Positions 42,101-52,464 of a stretch of DNA of 64,000 bases are shown here, piece after piece. Positions within the stretch are counted from its first letter, which is position 1, and every line of letters starts with the position of its first letter. The stretch is from an uncultured Thiotrichales bacterium. Lineage in GTDB: Bacteria; Pseudomonadota; Gammaproteobacteria; UWMA-0217. The notes under the pieces were generated by a model, which worked only from the letters and a program-made list of their open reading frames with translations, was not told the DNA's origin and did no database searches. The translations under genes were made by a program, and so were the position numbers. Location: NCBI GenBank assembly GCA_964430355.1, contig CAYSFW010000047.1:5090-69089 (forward strand), written 5' to 3'.

Positions 42101-45090
42101 ATATCCAGCAAAGCCGTATCATGCGGCTTCGCGGTCTCCTCGATCACGCCCGCCACATCTTGGGCGGAGGCGAGGATGACCGCCTCATCGCCTGCGAGCA
42201 CGGCCTCGGACTCGGTCGATTCGGGTGCCACGACACTGTCGCTCGGCTGATCCACCGTAGTTGCCGACGCCTGGACGGCATGCGCATCGGGCTCGTCCGC
42301 CGGCTTGGTAGGTTCGCTGCGGGCGGCCTCCTCGCTGGGGACAGCGGTCTCGCCGGACAGCGGACTCGGGACGATGGCGGGTAGCACCGTAGCAGATCCA
42401 GCGAGCTCCTCGTCGCGCGCGCGTTCCAAAGTCTCGGAGACGGCGGCGTCGGCCGGTTCGGTCAACGTCTCCGGAGGCTCCGCAGGATGGTCGAGCGTGC
42501 CGGCCGATTCGGCGTTCGGATTTTCGACCGTGTCGATGCGCGCCAGGTGTGAAATGACGGCGGCGTTCGGGCGCTCGCGGGCGAGCAACTGGTCACGCAG
42601 CACGGGGAGCAGGGCAATACCCGACTGCACGTACGCGATCAGGGCTGGAGTGACGGGGATCGAGCCGTCCATCGCCCCGTTCAACAGGTGCTCGTGATTC
42701 CAGGCGAACTCCCCGATGACCTGGGCGCCGATCAGGCGCGAGCTTCCCTTGATCGTGTGGAATGCGCGGCGGATCTGGGTCAGTGCCTCACGTTCGGCTG
42801 GGTTGTCCGCCCACGTGCCGATGGCCGCGTTCAACCGCTGGATTTCCTCGCCCAGTTCCTCGGCAAAAATGTCCAGGAACTCGGGGTCGGCATCGCTGGT
42901 CAGCACCTCCAGTCCCGCGAAGGGATCGGTTTGCGCCGGGAGGTCTGCTGGCTGCGCTTCGCCGCCCCCCCTCATTGACAGTGCCGGGCTGCCCGCTGGA
43001 ACCCCCTCAGGGGCCATCTGCGGTTCGGGAACGACGGCTGCCTCCGCGTCGACCGTCGGCTTTGCGTTCGTCTCGTCGAATGCGAGCGCGCGCATCAGGG
43101 AGGTATCCCACAGATCGCCCTCGAACTGGTCGTCAGCCGCAATCTGCTCATGGTCGAGGCCGCTGGCGCTGGCATCCAGCCCGATCAGGGTCGCGTTGAT
43201 ACCGAGATCGGTCAGCGGTTCGTCGAACTCCTCGGTCAGGTCAATGATCTCCGTGCCCGACAGGAGGTCCTCGTCTGCCCGCAGTGCGTCGTCGAGCGCA
43301 GGCTCGAGCAGCATCGCCTCTTCAATCGCCGCCGCGTCCTCCGCAACGGACGTCTGCTCGACGAGCTCGTCGAGCTGCCGCTCAAGGGCGTGCAGGGCAA
43401 GTCGTCCTGAATCAAGATAAGGCGGATGCGGTTCGCCACTGACCTCGATCGATTCGAGGTACAGCTCGATGCTCGCCACCACGTCGGCCATGCGTTCCAC
43501 GGCAGAGGTGGCTGGCAAACGTTCGTGGGTTGCGATGCGCTGCATGGCGGGGGCAAAGTCGCGCACCAGTGAGGCACACTGGTCGAGTTCGAGTACCTGC
43601 AACGCGCCCTGCATGCGCTGGAGCGACCCTTCGATGGGTGCGAGCGCGAGCCGGTCGCTCGCCTCAGACTTGACGTAGGTGGCGATCGCAGTCTTGCACT
43701 GCTCGAGTTCGGTGAGCGTCTCGCGAATGGCGACGGCGCGTGTCTTGGCGTATTCGATGTCGCGGAGCTTGTCCTGACCGGCGGCATCGCTGTCACTATC
43801 CTCGAGCGTGACCAGCATGTCGCGCGCGCCCACGCCGTAAGAGGCCATGCTGGCCTCGACTTCGAGCAGCGTCTTGGCGAGGGCTTCGGACTGCGCTTCG
43901 TCGGGAATTTGCCGATCGTCCAGCGTGCGCTCCAGCTCTTCGAAGCGCGCGTGCACCGCCTCGCGCAGCTCAGACAGGCCCAACATGCCAAGCGTCTCGG
44001 CCAGTCGGCGCAGCGACGGTAAGACCGGGATGAGCAGGTCGATGGTCTTACGCTCGGCCAGCCCGAAGATTTCGAGCTGGTCCTTGAGGTCCTGGACGTC
44101 CTCGCAAACCGCCTTGGCCACGGAGCGGAACAGGGCGTTGTTTTGTCCGCTCACGCTGATGCGAGCGGCAGAGAGCGCTTCGGGACTTGGCAGGTCGCCA
44201 TCCAGAAAATAGGCCTCGCGCACGGCATCGACGACCGGATTGCCAGGTTCGGCAATGGCCACGTAGTACAGAAGGCTTCGCACCAGCTCGATGGGAATCA
44301 GCGGCGCGAAGCGCTGTTCGCCCATCTCGAACAAGAGCTTGATTTGACGGTCGATCTTGCCGAGCACGAGCTTGATGGCCGCGGAAGGCGCGAGCACCCT
44401 CGAGTGCAGCGCCTCGAGTATCGCCTCGGATACCCACCACAGGCGCTTGCTTGCGCGGAAGTGCGAGGCGTGCCGCAGGCGCTGACACACCAAGGCCATC
44501 TTTTTGAGGTTCGACTGGACGTTCTTGTTGCGGTACCAGCCGAGCAGGCCGAGCTGGAATACATGCCGCGTGAGGTGTGCGAGGCCCTGCAGGTCCTCGT
44601 GAGTCAGTGGACGGGTTTCCGCTACGTCCGATCCCTGGTCCAGATTCGAGATTTTCACGATGTTGTCGGAGATCAGCTCCTCGTCGCGTGCTGCGCGTAG
44701 GTCATTGAGGATGGACACGAGCACAAGCGGGATGTCCTCACGTCCGGACTGAATGTATTCGAGGTAATCCGGCAACTGGATGAGCGCACGCACCACGAGC
44801 TTGCAGGCTTCGACAGGCCGCCGCACGCGATTGTCGGCGACTTGCCGGATCAGGGCGAGGCACTCCTGAGCGAGCATGGCCGCGCCGCTGAGCTCGGCAA
44901 CTTCCAACGTGCCGAGCACGTCCTTGATTTGCGGCAGTGCACGGTGGAGGTGCTGTACCTGCGCAGTGTCGTCGAGGTAATTCAACACGGCCGCGCGCGC
45001 TGCCTCGAGGGAGCGGTCGATCTCCCGCTTGACCCACGTGAGCGAATTGAAGCGATGCCTGATTTGCGAGTCCATGGATTCCTCTAACAC
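39097..45090 (-). CDS. chpA: hybrid chemosensory histidine kinase ChpA/PilL (multiple Hpt domains, CheA kinase core, CheW domain, C-terminal receiver)
   Basis: 1997 aa. It has at least three Hpt motifs (HTIKGSSRLIGA, HTLNGAARTAAL, HTLKGGARMAGI), the HATPase G-boxes, a CheW domain, and a REC domain MVVDDS...LLDIEMPRMDG at the C-terminus. Long acidic Ala/Pro/Glu linkers are present. Confidence 0.9.
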   Translation of the reverse strand: MLEESMDSQIRHRFNSLTWVKREIDRSLEAARAAVLNYLDDTAQVQHLHRALPQIKDVLGTLEVAELSGAAMLAQECLALIRQVADNRVRRPVEACKLVVRALIQLPDYLEYIQSGREDIPLVLVSILNDLRAARDEELISDNIVKISNLDQGSDVAETRPLTHEDLQGLAHLTRHVFQLGLLGWYRNKNVQSNLKKMALVCQRLRHASHFRASKRLWWVSEAILEALHSRVLAPSAAIKLVLGKIDRQIKLLFEMGEQRFAPLIPIELVRSLLYYVAIAEPGNPVVDAVREAYFLDGDLPSPEALSAARISVSGQNNALFRSVAKAVCEDVQDLKDQLEIFGLAERKTIDLLIPVLPSLRRLAETLGMLGLSELREAVHARFEELERTLDDRQIPDEAQSEALAKTLLEVEASMASYGVGARDMLVTLEDSDSDAAGQDKLRDIEYAKTRAVAIRETLTELEQCKTAIATYVKSEASDRLALAPIEGSLQRMQGALQVLELDQCASLVRDFAPAMQRIATHERLPATSAVERMADVVASIELYLESIEVSGEPHPPYLDSGRLALHALERQLDELVEQTSVAEDAAAIEEAMLLEPALDDALRADEDLLSGTEIIDLTEEFDEPLTDLGINATLIGLDASASGLDHEQIAADDQFEGDLWDTSLMRALAFDETNAKPTVDAEAAVVPEPQMAPEGVPAGSPALSMRGGGEAQPADLPAQTDPFAGLEVLTSDADPEFLDIFAEELGEEIQRLNAAIGTWADNPAEREALTQIRRAFHTIKGSSRLIGAQVIGEFAWNHEHLLNGAMDGSIPVTPALIAYVQSGIALLPVLRDQLLARERPNAAVISHLARIDTVENPNAESAGTLDHPAEPPETLTEPADAAVSETLERARDEELAGSATVLPAIVPSPLSGETAVPSEEAARSEPTKPADEPDAHAVQASATTVDQPSDSVVAPESTESEAVLAGDEAVILASAQDVAGVIEETAKPHDTALLDIFAAEALEHISQIRKACARCEMGPALVDEPLLRAAHTLNGAARTAALPEIYETAKDLERLLTLKYRHALVLDADEVTLLLDFAGYVEHVIAALQASTPVPQDPTLQWRAHEAAEALAQSPSLDVPVAAVELEAQDSAQSPEVANDALAATIDAPGSNDAPQASPAADEAMSSGLTPRGGSSEPAKTWQEDGAGEQSAELVEVFLEECREILDSCDNIMARWQSNPSDAGPLAELRRELHTLKGGARMAGIQVLGDLSHALENVLLDVVEGQLNPDRELFDLIHTGLDQINQMAALIQAHKPVANNQPLMEQLARVRRGENISAKTLAGIMAQVESPVAAADPVRTMTVAAPTEPATTPSPETEHEADTAPGEAVAAEVAAARDVVKIRADLLDKMVDNVGEVNVFQSRLEQQVGGFAFNLQELDQTIKRLGAQLRRLEVETEAQIVHRYDAKIDPDESSVYDKFDPLELDRYSTMQQLARGLAESSNDLVNLHQILSEQIRALESLLRQQSRVSGDLQESLLQTRMSEFRVMVPRLRRVVRRAALELGKEVELHVSGEQQPLDRKMLEGIMVPLEHMLRNAVAHGIELPEHRTQAGKPRIGRIQVRIAREGPEVVIAVSDDGAGINLDAVRRKAMAVCLIDGSRELTDAEVMELILQPGFSTAERVSQLSGRGVGMDVVQEQVRRLNGVLDIQSTPGQGTRFRIHLPFTLAINQALLITVGTELFAVPLTAIDSVVQIPAKVLNDKFAHRDPGIEYAGASYQLKLLSAVLERDAHHPVPHFERTMPVLLARTHDRAVGFVVDQLIGNREIVVKSIGALFQSVKGISGATILGDGRVVLILDMLGLLRSVAGEASWAPAPVRKESSVGTERPTIMVVDDSITIRKVTARMLERHNFNVITAKDGMDAIAQLQEVRPDMMLLDIEMPRMDGYELAAHIRSMDTNRELPIIMITSRTGKKHRDRALELGVNRFLGKPYQDQVLIENIQAVFKEVGQQAHGNAAR

Positions 45091-45124
45091 TAAGCCTGCC
45101 TGACATCCCTGTCCGGACCGCCGG

Positions 45125-47242
45125 TCACACTCCGACCGCTACGCCACCGGCCTGGTTCGCGACAGATTCGCGCGCTGCGTTCATGTCGTCGGCGAGCGCA
45201 GGGGTGTCGGGCAGCTTGAAGCCCTCCACCGACTTTCTGAGATCGGACGCCTGATTGACGAGCTCCGCCAGGGCGACTGCGGTCTCGTTGGTCGCGTTCA
45301 CGGTCTGCTTCGTGATTTCCTGGATCGAACCCATCGCCTCGGCGACAACACCGGAGACGATCGCCTGCTCGCGCGCCTCCTCGGAGATGTTGCGGATCAG
45401 ATCGGCCAGTTTGTGCGATACCTTTTCGATTTCGCTGAGCGCCTTGCCGGCGTCTTCGGCCTGATGGGCGCCGGTGACGACGTTGGCCGTACTCTTTTCC
45501 ATGGAACTGATGGCCTCATGCGTATCCGCCTGAATAGTCTTGACCAGCACCTCGATTTGCTTACTCGAGTTGGCGGCCCGCTCCGCCAGTCGTTGCACCT
45601 CGTCGGCGACGACAGCGAATCCCCGTCCGCCTTCACCGGCGGAGGAGGCCTGGATGGCGGCGTTGAGTGCGAGGATGTTCGTCTGGTCAGCGATGTCGGT
45701 GATCATGCCGACGATCTCGCCAATCTGCTGCGAGCTCTCACCCAGGCGCTTGATGCGCTTGGAAGTGTCCTGAATGTGCTCACGGATCTTGTCCATGCCC
45801 TCGATGGTGCGGTGCACGGTGTCCACGCCGCGTTGCGAGATGACCAGCGACTGCTCGGCAACCTTCGCTGAGAGTTCGGCGCTATTGGAAACCCGCTCGA
45901 TCGAGTGCGTGAGGTCATTGATCGAGTCGGTGGCTGAGGCGATCTTGCGCGCCTGTTTCTTACTCGCCTCAGCGAGCTGGATGGAGGTTCGCCGCGTGCG
46001 CTCGGCGCGCTCGGAGACCCGGTTGGCTGATTCGTTGATGGTCGTGACCAGCGTGCGCAGCGCGTCCACGGCGTAGTTCACGGAGTCGGCAATCGCGCCC
46101 GTGATGTCCTCGGTCACCGTCGCGTTCACGGTCAGGTCGCCATCAGCGAGTGTGGCCATTTCATCGAGCAACTTGAGGATGGCTGCCTGGTTGCGGTCGT
46201 TGGACGCCTTGGACTGCTGCAGCTGCGTGCGTGTGGCGCGCAGCACCCCATGTGCCATGGCCAGGAAGCTCAACAGGGCGAGCAGCGCAAGGATGAGGCC
46301 GGCGTTCGACCAGAGCGCCGCGCTGCGGTTGTGTTCCTGGATGGCGGCTTCAAGCCGGGTGGTACCGTCGAACAGCGCGCGCCCCTCGCCTTCGACCGAC
46401 ACGGCAGCCTGACGGACGCTGTAGAGCTGCGGGGCGATCTCCACCAAATTGCTGGCCCGGTCGGCGACGTCCCCGAAATCGGACACGATCGCGGCGAGGG
46501 CACCCTGCGCGGCGGGCGTTGCGACCCGGTCCACGCCGAGCGCGGGATTGCCGCTGCGCATGGCGTCCACGACCTGGCTGAAGACGGAGACGTCCTTGTT
46601 GAGCTGGTCGGCCGCGTTGATCGCGGAGGCGTCCCCCACCAGGAGGCTGGTCAGGTTGTTCTCGATACGCTGCGCGAGCATGAGCTGGCGCGTGGCCATG
46701 TAGATCTGGTTGGTGCCAGCGCGGGCATCGCGCAGGATCTCGACGATTCTTGCGGAGGCATCCAGCAACGCGGGGAGTTTGGACTTGACGACGTCCACCG
46801 CCTGCTTGGTGCGAGTGATGACGCCGCGGCTGGCGAGGATGGCGTTGAGCTGCCGGTCTAAGCGCTCCCACTGGCCTACGATCTGGTCGAGTTCGGGTTT
46901 GAGCTCGGGGGACAGGGCAGGTACGCCCGCCTCGGCATCGCCGATGCACAGGCGGTTGAGGTTTTGCTGAAACTCCTCACGCAGCTGCTTTAGCAGCAGG
47001 AAGGCGGTGTCGCCGCCCTGCGAGGCAGCCAGTGATTGCGTGGTCAAGCGTTGCGAGAGCAGGCGCAGGGCGGCGGCAGCCTCACCGTGGCTGCGGCCCG
47101 TGTTACCCAGTTTTGCCGCCTGATAGAAGGACACGCCCATCAGCACGATGAACAGGAGGACCAGGCTTCCCCACAGGCCAACCGGCCGGCTGATGCTGGC
47201 TGCCTGCCGGGATTTGGAGGGTTTCAAACCGAGCGCTTTCAT
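45125..47242 (-). CDS. pilJ: methyl-accepting chemotaxis protein PilJ
   Basis: N-terminal TM helix, periplasmic domain, second TM helix, HAMP, and the highly conserved MCP signalling domain. Confidence 0.9.
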   Translation of the reverse strand: MKALGLKPSKSRQAASISRPVGLWGSLVLLFIVLMGVSFYQAAKLGNTGRSHGEAAAALRLLSQRLTTQSLAASQGGDTAFLLLKQLREEFQQNLNRLCIGDAEAGVPALSPELKPELDQIVGQWERLDRQLNAILASRGVITRTKQAVDVVKSKLPALLDASARIVEILRDARAGTNQIYMATRQLMLAQRIENNLTSLLVGDASAINAADQLNKDVSVFSQVVDAMRSGNPALGVDRVATPAAQGALAAIVSDFGDVADRASNLVEIAPQLYSVRQAAVSVEGEGRALFDGTTRLEAAIQEHNRSAALWSNAGLILALLALLSFLAMAHGVLRATRTQLQQSKASNDRNQAAILKLLDEMATLADGDLTVNATVTEDITGAIADSVNYAVDALRTLVTTINESANRVSERAERTRRTSIQLAEASKKQARKIASATDSINDLTHSIERVSNSAELSAKVAEQSLVISQRGVDTVHRTIEGMDKIREHIQDTSKRIKRLGESSQQIGEIVGMITDIADQTNILALNAAIQASSAGEGGRGFAVVADEVQRLAERAANSSKQIEVLVKTIQADTHEAISSMEKSTANVVTGAHQAEDAGKALSEIEKVSHKLADLIRNISEEAREQAIVSGVVAEAMGSIQEITKQTVNATNETAVALAELVNQASDLRKSVEGFKLPDTPALADDMNAARESVANQAGGVAVGV

Positions 47243-47290
47243 CTGTCAGATACCTGTGTGTTGGGCCCTTCATTGCGCAGGTGCACCGGC

Positions 47291-47842
47291 TCAGCGGGCG
47301 GTGTCGTTGAAGCCCGGGTGACTGAGGAGCCGGTTGAGATCGAATACGGCAAAGTGCTCTCCGTAGCGCTTGTAGGAGGTCGCGACGAACGGCGCGACCT
47401 GGGTCGAGATCTCCGGCAGGGCCTGCAGTTCATCACCCGGCCAGTAGTGCTTCATGCCGAACACTTCGTTAACCAGAAGCCCATACTTTTGGTTACCGTC
47501 TGTGGCGACCAGAAGCCGCCAGGCCGAGTCCGACCCTGTGAGTGGCTCCCCGGTCAGGAACGCCTGCAGATCCACGACCGGCACCAGTACGCCGTGCAGG
47601 TTGGCAATGCCAAGCAGCCACGGTTTGACGCCGGGTACACGCACCACCTCGGGTGGCGGGAGGATCTCGGCGAGGGTGGGCATCGGGGCCAGCAGGCGGT
47701 CGGAGCCGACGCGAAACAGTACGCCGATCCACTCCTCCTGCGCGGGTCCGTTACCGTCCGCGCTGGCTCGTTGCGCCCGGTATTGCCGGTCGATCTCCGC
47801 AAGGAGCGCAAAGGGGTCGGTGCTGGCTTCCGAGTGCATCAT
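47291..47842 (-). CDS. pilI: CheW-like protein PilI
   Basis: Single CheW domain between pilH and pilJ. Confidence 0.8.
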   Translation of the reverse strand: MMHSEASTDPFALLAEIDRQYRAQRASADGNGPAQEEWIGVLFRVGSDRLLAPMPTLAEILPPPEVVRVPGVKPWLLGIANLHGVLVPVVDLQAFLTGEPLTGSDSAWRLLVATDGNQKYGLLVNEVFGMKHYWPGDELQALPEISTQVAPFVATSYKRYGEHFAVFDLNRLLSHPGFNDTAR

Positions 47843-48210
47843 TTGCCGCCGCCCAACAGGTCACCGATGCAGCCGAGCAGCTGTCGCTCGCTCGGCGGTT
47901 TGACGAGGTAGGCGCGCGCGCCCTGACGCTTGGCCCAGAGCATGTCCGACTCGCCGTCCTTCGTGGTGACCATGACCACCGGGATGTTGCGAGTCGATTC
48001 GGTTCGGCTCAGCTCGCGGGTAGCCTGAAAGCCGTTCAGCTCGGGCATCACCACGTCCATGAGGATCAGGTCCGGGCTGATACGCTTGGCCAGCTGCAAG
48101 CCCTCCGAGCCGTTGTTGGCAACGGTCACGGTGTGGCCGTTTTTCTCCAGGATCTTGCGGAATGCGTGCCGGTCGGTCGCAGAGTCATCGACGACGAGGA
48201 TGTGCGCCAC
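47839..48210 (-). CDS. pilH: CheY-like response regulator PilH
   Basis: 123-aa REC domain beginning ILVVDDS. Confidence 0.85.
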   Translation of the reverse strand: MAHILVVDDSATDRHAFRKILEKNGHTVTVANNGSEGLQLAKRISPDLILMDVVMPELNGFQATRELSRTESTRNIPVVMVTTKDGESDMLWAKRQGARAYLVKPPSERQLLGCIGDLLGGGK

Positions 48211-48246
48211 GGGGAGTCTCCAGGTCCTTTTGCTGCCGATGATGCC

Positions 48247-48645
48247 TTACTGGACGTGCTGGCGGATCGCGCCCAGCAGGTCGTCCCGGGTGAATGGTTT
48301 GGTCAGGTACTGTTCGGAGCCCACGACACGACCCTTTGCCTTGTCGAATATGCCGTCCTTGCTCGAGAGCATGATCACCGGTGTCTGCTTGAAGCGCTTG
48401 TTGTGCTTGATCAGCGCGCAGGTTTGATAGCCGTCCAGGCGCGGCATTAGAATGTCCACGAAGATGATGTTCGGTTCGTGCTCGGCGATCTTCGAAAGTG
48501 CATCGTACCCGTCGACCGCGGTAATGACCTCATAGCCGTGATTCTTCAACAGCGCCTCCGCCGTTTTACGGATGGTTTTGCTGTCGTCGATCACCATCAC
48601 CCTGAGTGCGCTACCCAACGATGGATGCTTTTCAGCCACCGACAT
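48247..48645 (-). CDS. pilG: CheY-like response regulator PilG
   Basis: RVMVIDDSKTIRKTAE...PNIIFVDILMPRLDGYQTCALIK is near-identical in pattern to Pseudomonas PilG. Start at MSVAEKH, with a GGGAGG Shine-Dalgarno upstream. Confidence 0.85.
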   Translation of the reverse strand: MSVAEKHPSLGSALRVMVIDDSKTIRKTAEALLKNHGYEVITAVDGYDALSKIAEHEPNIIFVDILMPRLDGYQTCALIKHNKRFKQTPVIMLSSKDGIFDKAKGRVVGSEQYLTKPFTRDDLLGAIRQHVQ

Positions 48646-48836
48646 CTTGCCTCCCGTGTGCGTCTGCTGCGCGTCGATTTCGGCACTCGAATCTAGCGCA
48701 TGACGAAAAATCCCAGCAACCGCGGATGTCCAAATCTTCAATCCAGTTATCGTTTTGTCCGGAAGCCCCGCAACGCATGGCCTCCCCGGCCTGCTGAGGG
48801 GGTCGGAACGAACGTTTGCTCTCGGTGAATTCTGGC

Positions 48837-49784
48837 ATGGATATCGACATCGGGTTTGTGATGGATCCCATAGAATCCATCAACCCCAAAAAGGACAGCA
48901 CGCTCGCGATGATGCTGGCTGCGGCGCGCCGCGGTTGGACCGTCTGGTACCTGCAGCCCGCTGATATCTACCTGCGGGGTGGTCGGGTCATGGGGCGCAT
49001 GGCCCCCGCGCGCGCGTTCAACGACCCGCAGCACTGGTTCGAGCTGGACGCGGCGCGTGACCAGCCGCTCAGTGCTTTGAGTGCGCTGGTCATGCGCAAG
49101 GATCCACCCTTCGACATGGAGTACATCTACAGTACCTACTTGCTCGAGCAGGCGCAGCGCGAGGGTCTGCGGGTGTACAACGATCCGCGGAGTCTGCGCG
49201 ATCTCAACGAGAAGTTTGCCACGGCCCTGTTTCCGCAATGCGCCCCGCCCACGGTCGTGGGGCGTCGCCGGGAGGTGTTTCTCGAGTTTCTGCGGGAGCA
49301 TGGCCGTATTGTCGTCAAGCCGCTCGACTCGATGGGCGGGGCGTCGATCTTTCGCATCGACCAGGGTGATCCGAACACCAATGTGATCCTCGAGACGTTG
49401 TTGAAGGGTGGGCGGCAGACGGCCATCGCCCAGCGTTTCCTGCCGGAGTACGTCGAAGGCGACAAGCGGATCCTGCTGGTCGACGGTGAGCCGGTCGACT
49501 ACGCCCTTGCGCGGATTCCGGCGCCGGGAGAAAGTCGCGCCAATCTTGCGGCTGGCGGCACGGGGCGCGGTCAGCCACTCAGCGAGCGCGACCGCTGGAT
49601 CTGCGCCGAGCTGGGGCCGGAGCTGCGCCGCCGGGGGCTGATGTTCGTTGGCATCGACGTGATCGGTGACTACCTCACCGAGGTCAACATCACCAGCCCA
49701 ACCGGCATTCGCGAACTGGACGCCCAGTTCGGCCTCGATATCGCGGGCCAGCTGATGGATCGAATCGCTGTCGATCTTGTCTGA
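48837..49784 (+). CDS. gshB: glutathione synthetase
   Basis: ATP-grasp fold; IGFVMDPIESINPKKDS matches the GshB N-terminus. Confidence 0.9.
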   Translation: MDIDIGFVMDPIESINPKKDSTLAMMLAAARRGWTVWYLQPADIYLRGGRVMGRMAPARAFNDPQHWFELDAARDQPLSALSALVMRKDPPFDMEYIYSTYLLEQAQREGLRVYNDPRSLRDLNEKFATALFPQCAPPTVVGRRREVFLEFLREHGRIVVKPLDSMGGASIFRIDQGDPNTNVILETLLKGGRQTAIAQRFLPEYVEGDKRILLVDGEPVDYALARIPAPGESRANLAAGGTGRGQPLSERDRWICAELGPELRRRGLMFVGIDVIGDYLTEVNITSPTGIRELDAQFGLDIAGQLMDRIAVDLV

Positions 49785-49938
49785 GGAGGGCGCGGTCAAT
49801 CGGTCGTGTCGCGGCGCCCTTGAGCAATCCGCTGCATGGCTGAGCGGGCGCATGCGTTTTTGGGTTGGCGTTCGTGGTTTGATCGTGCGAAGAGGGTAGA
49901 ATGTCACGATTTCGCGCACGAGTGGGTACCGTCTCGAC

Positions 49939-50811
49939 ATGGCAGCAGTGATCGCAAGCCCGCAGGTGACACCGACCGACCGCTTTGGTCTGACGTTGTT
50001 CGTCGCGACCATGCTCCACGGCCTGATCATCCTCGGGGTGTCCTTCAGTCTCCAGTTCGGCAAGGGTGACGCGATCCGCAACGCGCTGGACGTCGTGTTG
50101 GTCAATACGGTCAGTCAGGAGGCGCCGAAGGACGCCAAGCGCATCGCGCAGTTCAACCAGCAGCAGAGCGGCAGCGCCGAGGCGGACGGCCGCCCTGCGG
50201 AAATGCTCTCCTCGCCCATGCCGAGTGTCGCCGAGGGTGAGGCCCCAGTCCCCAACGAGGAACGTCACCAGCGCCCCCGGGAGGTGCGCGAGCAGCAGAC
50301 GCTGGACGCGACGCGTTCCAAGGTGCAGGTCCAGCCGCAGACCAAGACCGAGCGGGAGCATCGGTCGGACCGCCTCACGCCGGAGGAGATCTCAAGGCGC
50401 GACATCGAAATTGCCCGGCTCGCGGCGGAAGTCGATCTGGCCTCCCAGCGCTATGCCAAGCGGCCCAAGATCCATTTCATCGACGCCCTATCGGCCAAGA
50501 GCGCGGTCGAGGCACGCTACATCGACTATTGGGTCAAGCGCGTCGAGAGCATTGGTAACTTGAACTACCCGGAGGATGCGCGCCGCGAGGGGATCAGCGG
50601 GAAACTTATCCTCAACGTGCTGCTCGACAACACGGGCGCCGTGTTGAAGGTGCACGTGGCCTTGTCCTCCGGCAGCCGGGTTTTGGACGAAGCGGCCATC
50701 AGCATCGTCAAGATGTCCTCGCCGTTCCCGCCTTTCCCAAAGGAAATGCGGGCGCAGTATGATCAACTGATGGTGACGCGAACTTGGGTATTCCGCAGCG
50801 ATGGCGTTTGA
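49939..50811 (+). CDS. tonB: TonB-family energy transducer (TonB3-like)
   Basis: N-terminal TM helix, Pro/Glu-rich spacer, C-terminal TonB domain. Its position between gshB and algH matches the P. aeruginosa tonB3 locus. Confidence 0.8.
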   Translation: MAAVIASPQVTPTDRFGLTLFVATMLHGLIILGVSFSLQFGKGDAIRNALDVVLVNTVSQEAPKDAKRIAQFNQQQSGSAEADGRPAEMLSSPMPSVAEGEAPVPNEERHQRPREVREQQTLDATRSKVQVQPQTKTEREHRSDRLTPEEISRRDIEIARLAAEVDLASQRYAKRPKIHFIDALSAKSAVEARYIDYWVKRVESIGNLNYPEDARREGISGKLILNVLLDNTGAVLKVHVALSSGSRVLDEAAISIVKMSSPFPPFPKEMRAQYDQLMVTRTWVFRSDGV

Positions 50812-50988
50812 GCGCACTCGCCGACTGATCAAACCCTCAGCGCAGCCGGTGGACGGGCGCCCCCATGTTGCAGGGTTGCGCCCGGGTTGGCCGTGCGCTG
50901 GCCGGCCATCTGCGGACGCAGCGGCGTCAGCGATCGCCGGAACTCCAGATCCCGTATCCTTCCACGCGGGTGCACAGGCTGCATGGGC

Positions 50989-51543
50989 ATGAATCTCGGA
51001 AATCAGTTTCTCATTGCCATGCCGGGGCTGGCGGACCCGAATTTTGCGGGAACCCTCACGCTGGTCTGTGAGCATAACGAACAGGGGGCGCTTGGCTTCA
51101 TTGTGAACCGGCCGACCGAGATCCGGGCGGCCGATGTGTTCAGCCAGTACACGGAGTTGACGGAGGGCAACCCCTTCGTGCAGTCGGCCGTGCTCTACGC
51201 AGGCGGCCCGGTTGATCCCGAGAGGGGGTTTGTGTTGCACAGCGCGGAACGCCAATGGGATGCCACCTTGCGTGTCAGCGACTCGATCAGCGTTACGGCA
51301 TCCAACGATATTCTGACAGCGATTGCGCGGGGCGAAGGGCCCGAGCGGTTCCTGATTCTGCTGGGCTACGCGGGCTGGGGGCCCGGTCAGCTGGAGGAGG
51401 AGATTTCCGCCAACGCGTGGTTGACCACCGAGGCGGACCCTGCGATCGTCTTCGACCTGCCGCCCGAACAGCGCTGGCACGCTGCCGCGCGAGCCCTCGG
51501 CATCGAGTTGAACCTCATCAACCCGCAGGCTGGTCATGCCTGA
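50989..51543 (+). CDS. algH: YqgE/AlgH family protein
   Basis: MNLGNQFLIAMPGLADPNFAGTLTLVCEHNEQGALGFIVNRP, canonical. Confidence 0.85.
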   Translation: MNLGNQFLIAMPGLADPNFAGTLTLVCEHNEQGALGFIVNRPTEIRAADVFSQYTELTEGNPFVQSAVLYAGGPVDPERGFVLHSAERQWDATLRVSDSISVTASNDILTAIARGEGPERFLILLGYAGWGPGQLEEEISANAWLTTEADPAIVFDLPPEQRWHAAARALGIELNLINPQAGHA

Positions 51544-51964
51544 GTTAGCCGCTCAGTCCGCGCTCGTGCTCGACTATGGCGCAAAGCGCATCGGCGCGGC
51601 GCTGGCGCTCAGGGTCACGCATACCGCCACGCCGCTCGCCACGCTGACCAACGACGGTGCGGTCTGGACTCAGCTCGACCGGCTGGTGAAGGAGTACGCC
51701 CCGCAGGCGATTGTGCTCGGGATGCCGACCCACAATCGAGAGACGCCCCATCCGCTGGTCACCAGGATCGAACGCTTTGGGGCAGAGGTAGGGCGGCGAT
51801 ACGGCCTCGACGTGCGCTTCGTCAACGAGGCGCTCTCCTCGTACGAGGCCAACGAGCGGCTCAAGCAGCAACGGCAACTTGGCCGTCGGCGCAAGGTTGA
51901 AAAAGGCGAGCTCGACCAACAGGCCGCTGCCATCCTGGCGGAAAGCTGGCTGGATAATCCATGA
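51536..51964 (+). CDS. ruvX: Holliday-junction-resolvase-like putative pre-16S rRNA nuclease YqgF/RuvX
   Basis: RNase H-like fold, [13 protein letters not shown]. Confidence 0.85.
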   Translation: MPELAAQSALVLDYGAKRIGAALALRVTHTATPLATLTNDGAVWTQLDRLVKEYAPQAIVLGMPTHNRETPHPLVTRIERFGAEVGRRYGLDVRFVNEALSSYEANERLKQQRQLGRRRKVEKGELDQQAAAILAESWLDNP

Positions 51965-52464
51965 ACGATACGAATTCCATCGACGAGCTGCTCGAAGGCA
52001 TGGCCGCCGAGCTACGCGACTTGATCACTGCCCGCGGCCTCAAGCATCCGGCCATGGTGGGCATTCACACGGGCGGGGTGTGGGTGGCCGAACGGCTGCA
52101 CCGACTGCTTGGGTTGAGCCAGCCCTTGGGGACGCTCGATATCAGCTTCTACCGCGATGACTTCACGCGCAAAGGGTTGAACCCGCTGGTGCGCCCCTCG
52201 CATTTGCCGTTCAACGTCGATGAACAGAACATCCTGCTCGTGGACGACGTGTTGCACACGGGTCGCACGGTGCGCGCGGCCATGAATGAGATCTTCGACT
52301 ACGGTCGCCCCGCGAGTATTCACCTGGTGGTCCTGGCCGAGCGGCCTGGCCGTGAACTGCCGATCGAGCCTGTAGTGTGCGGTCGCCATTTCGAGCTCGC
52401 CCCCGGCCAGCACATCAAGCTGAGCGGCCCTGATCCCCTGCACCTGGAAGTGCTCTCGCCATGA
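51961..52464 (+). CDS. pyrR: bifunctional pyr operon regulator/uracil phosphoribosyltransferase PyrR
   Basis: PRTase motif [16 protein letters not shown]. Confidence 0.9.
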   Translation: MNDTNSIDELLEGMAAELRDLITARGLKHPAMVGIHTGGVWVAERLHRLLGLSQPLGTLDISFYRDDFTRKGLNPLVRPSHLPFNVDEQNILLVDDVLHTGRTVRAAMNEIFDYGRPASIHLVVLAERPGRELPIEPVVCGRHFELAPGQHIKLSGPDPLHLEVLSP

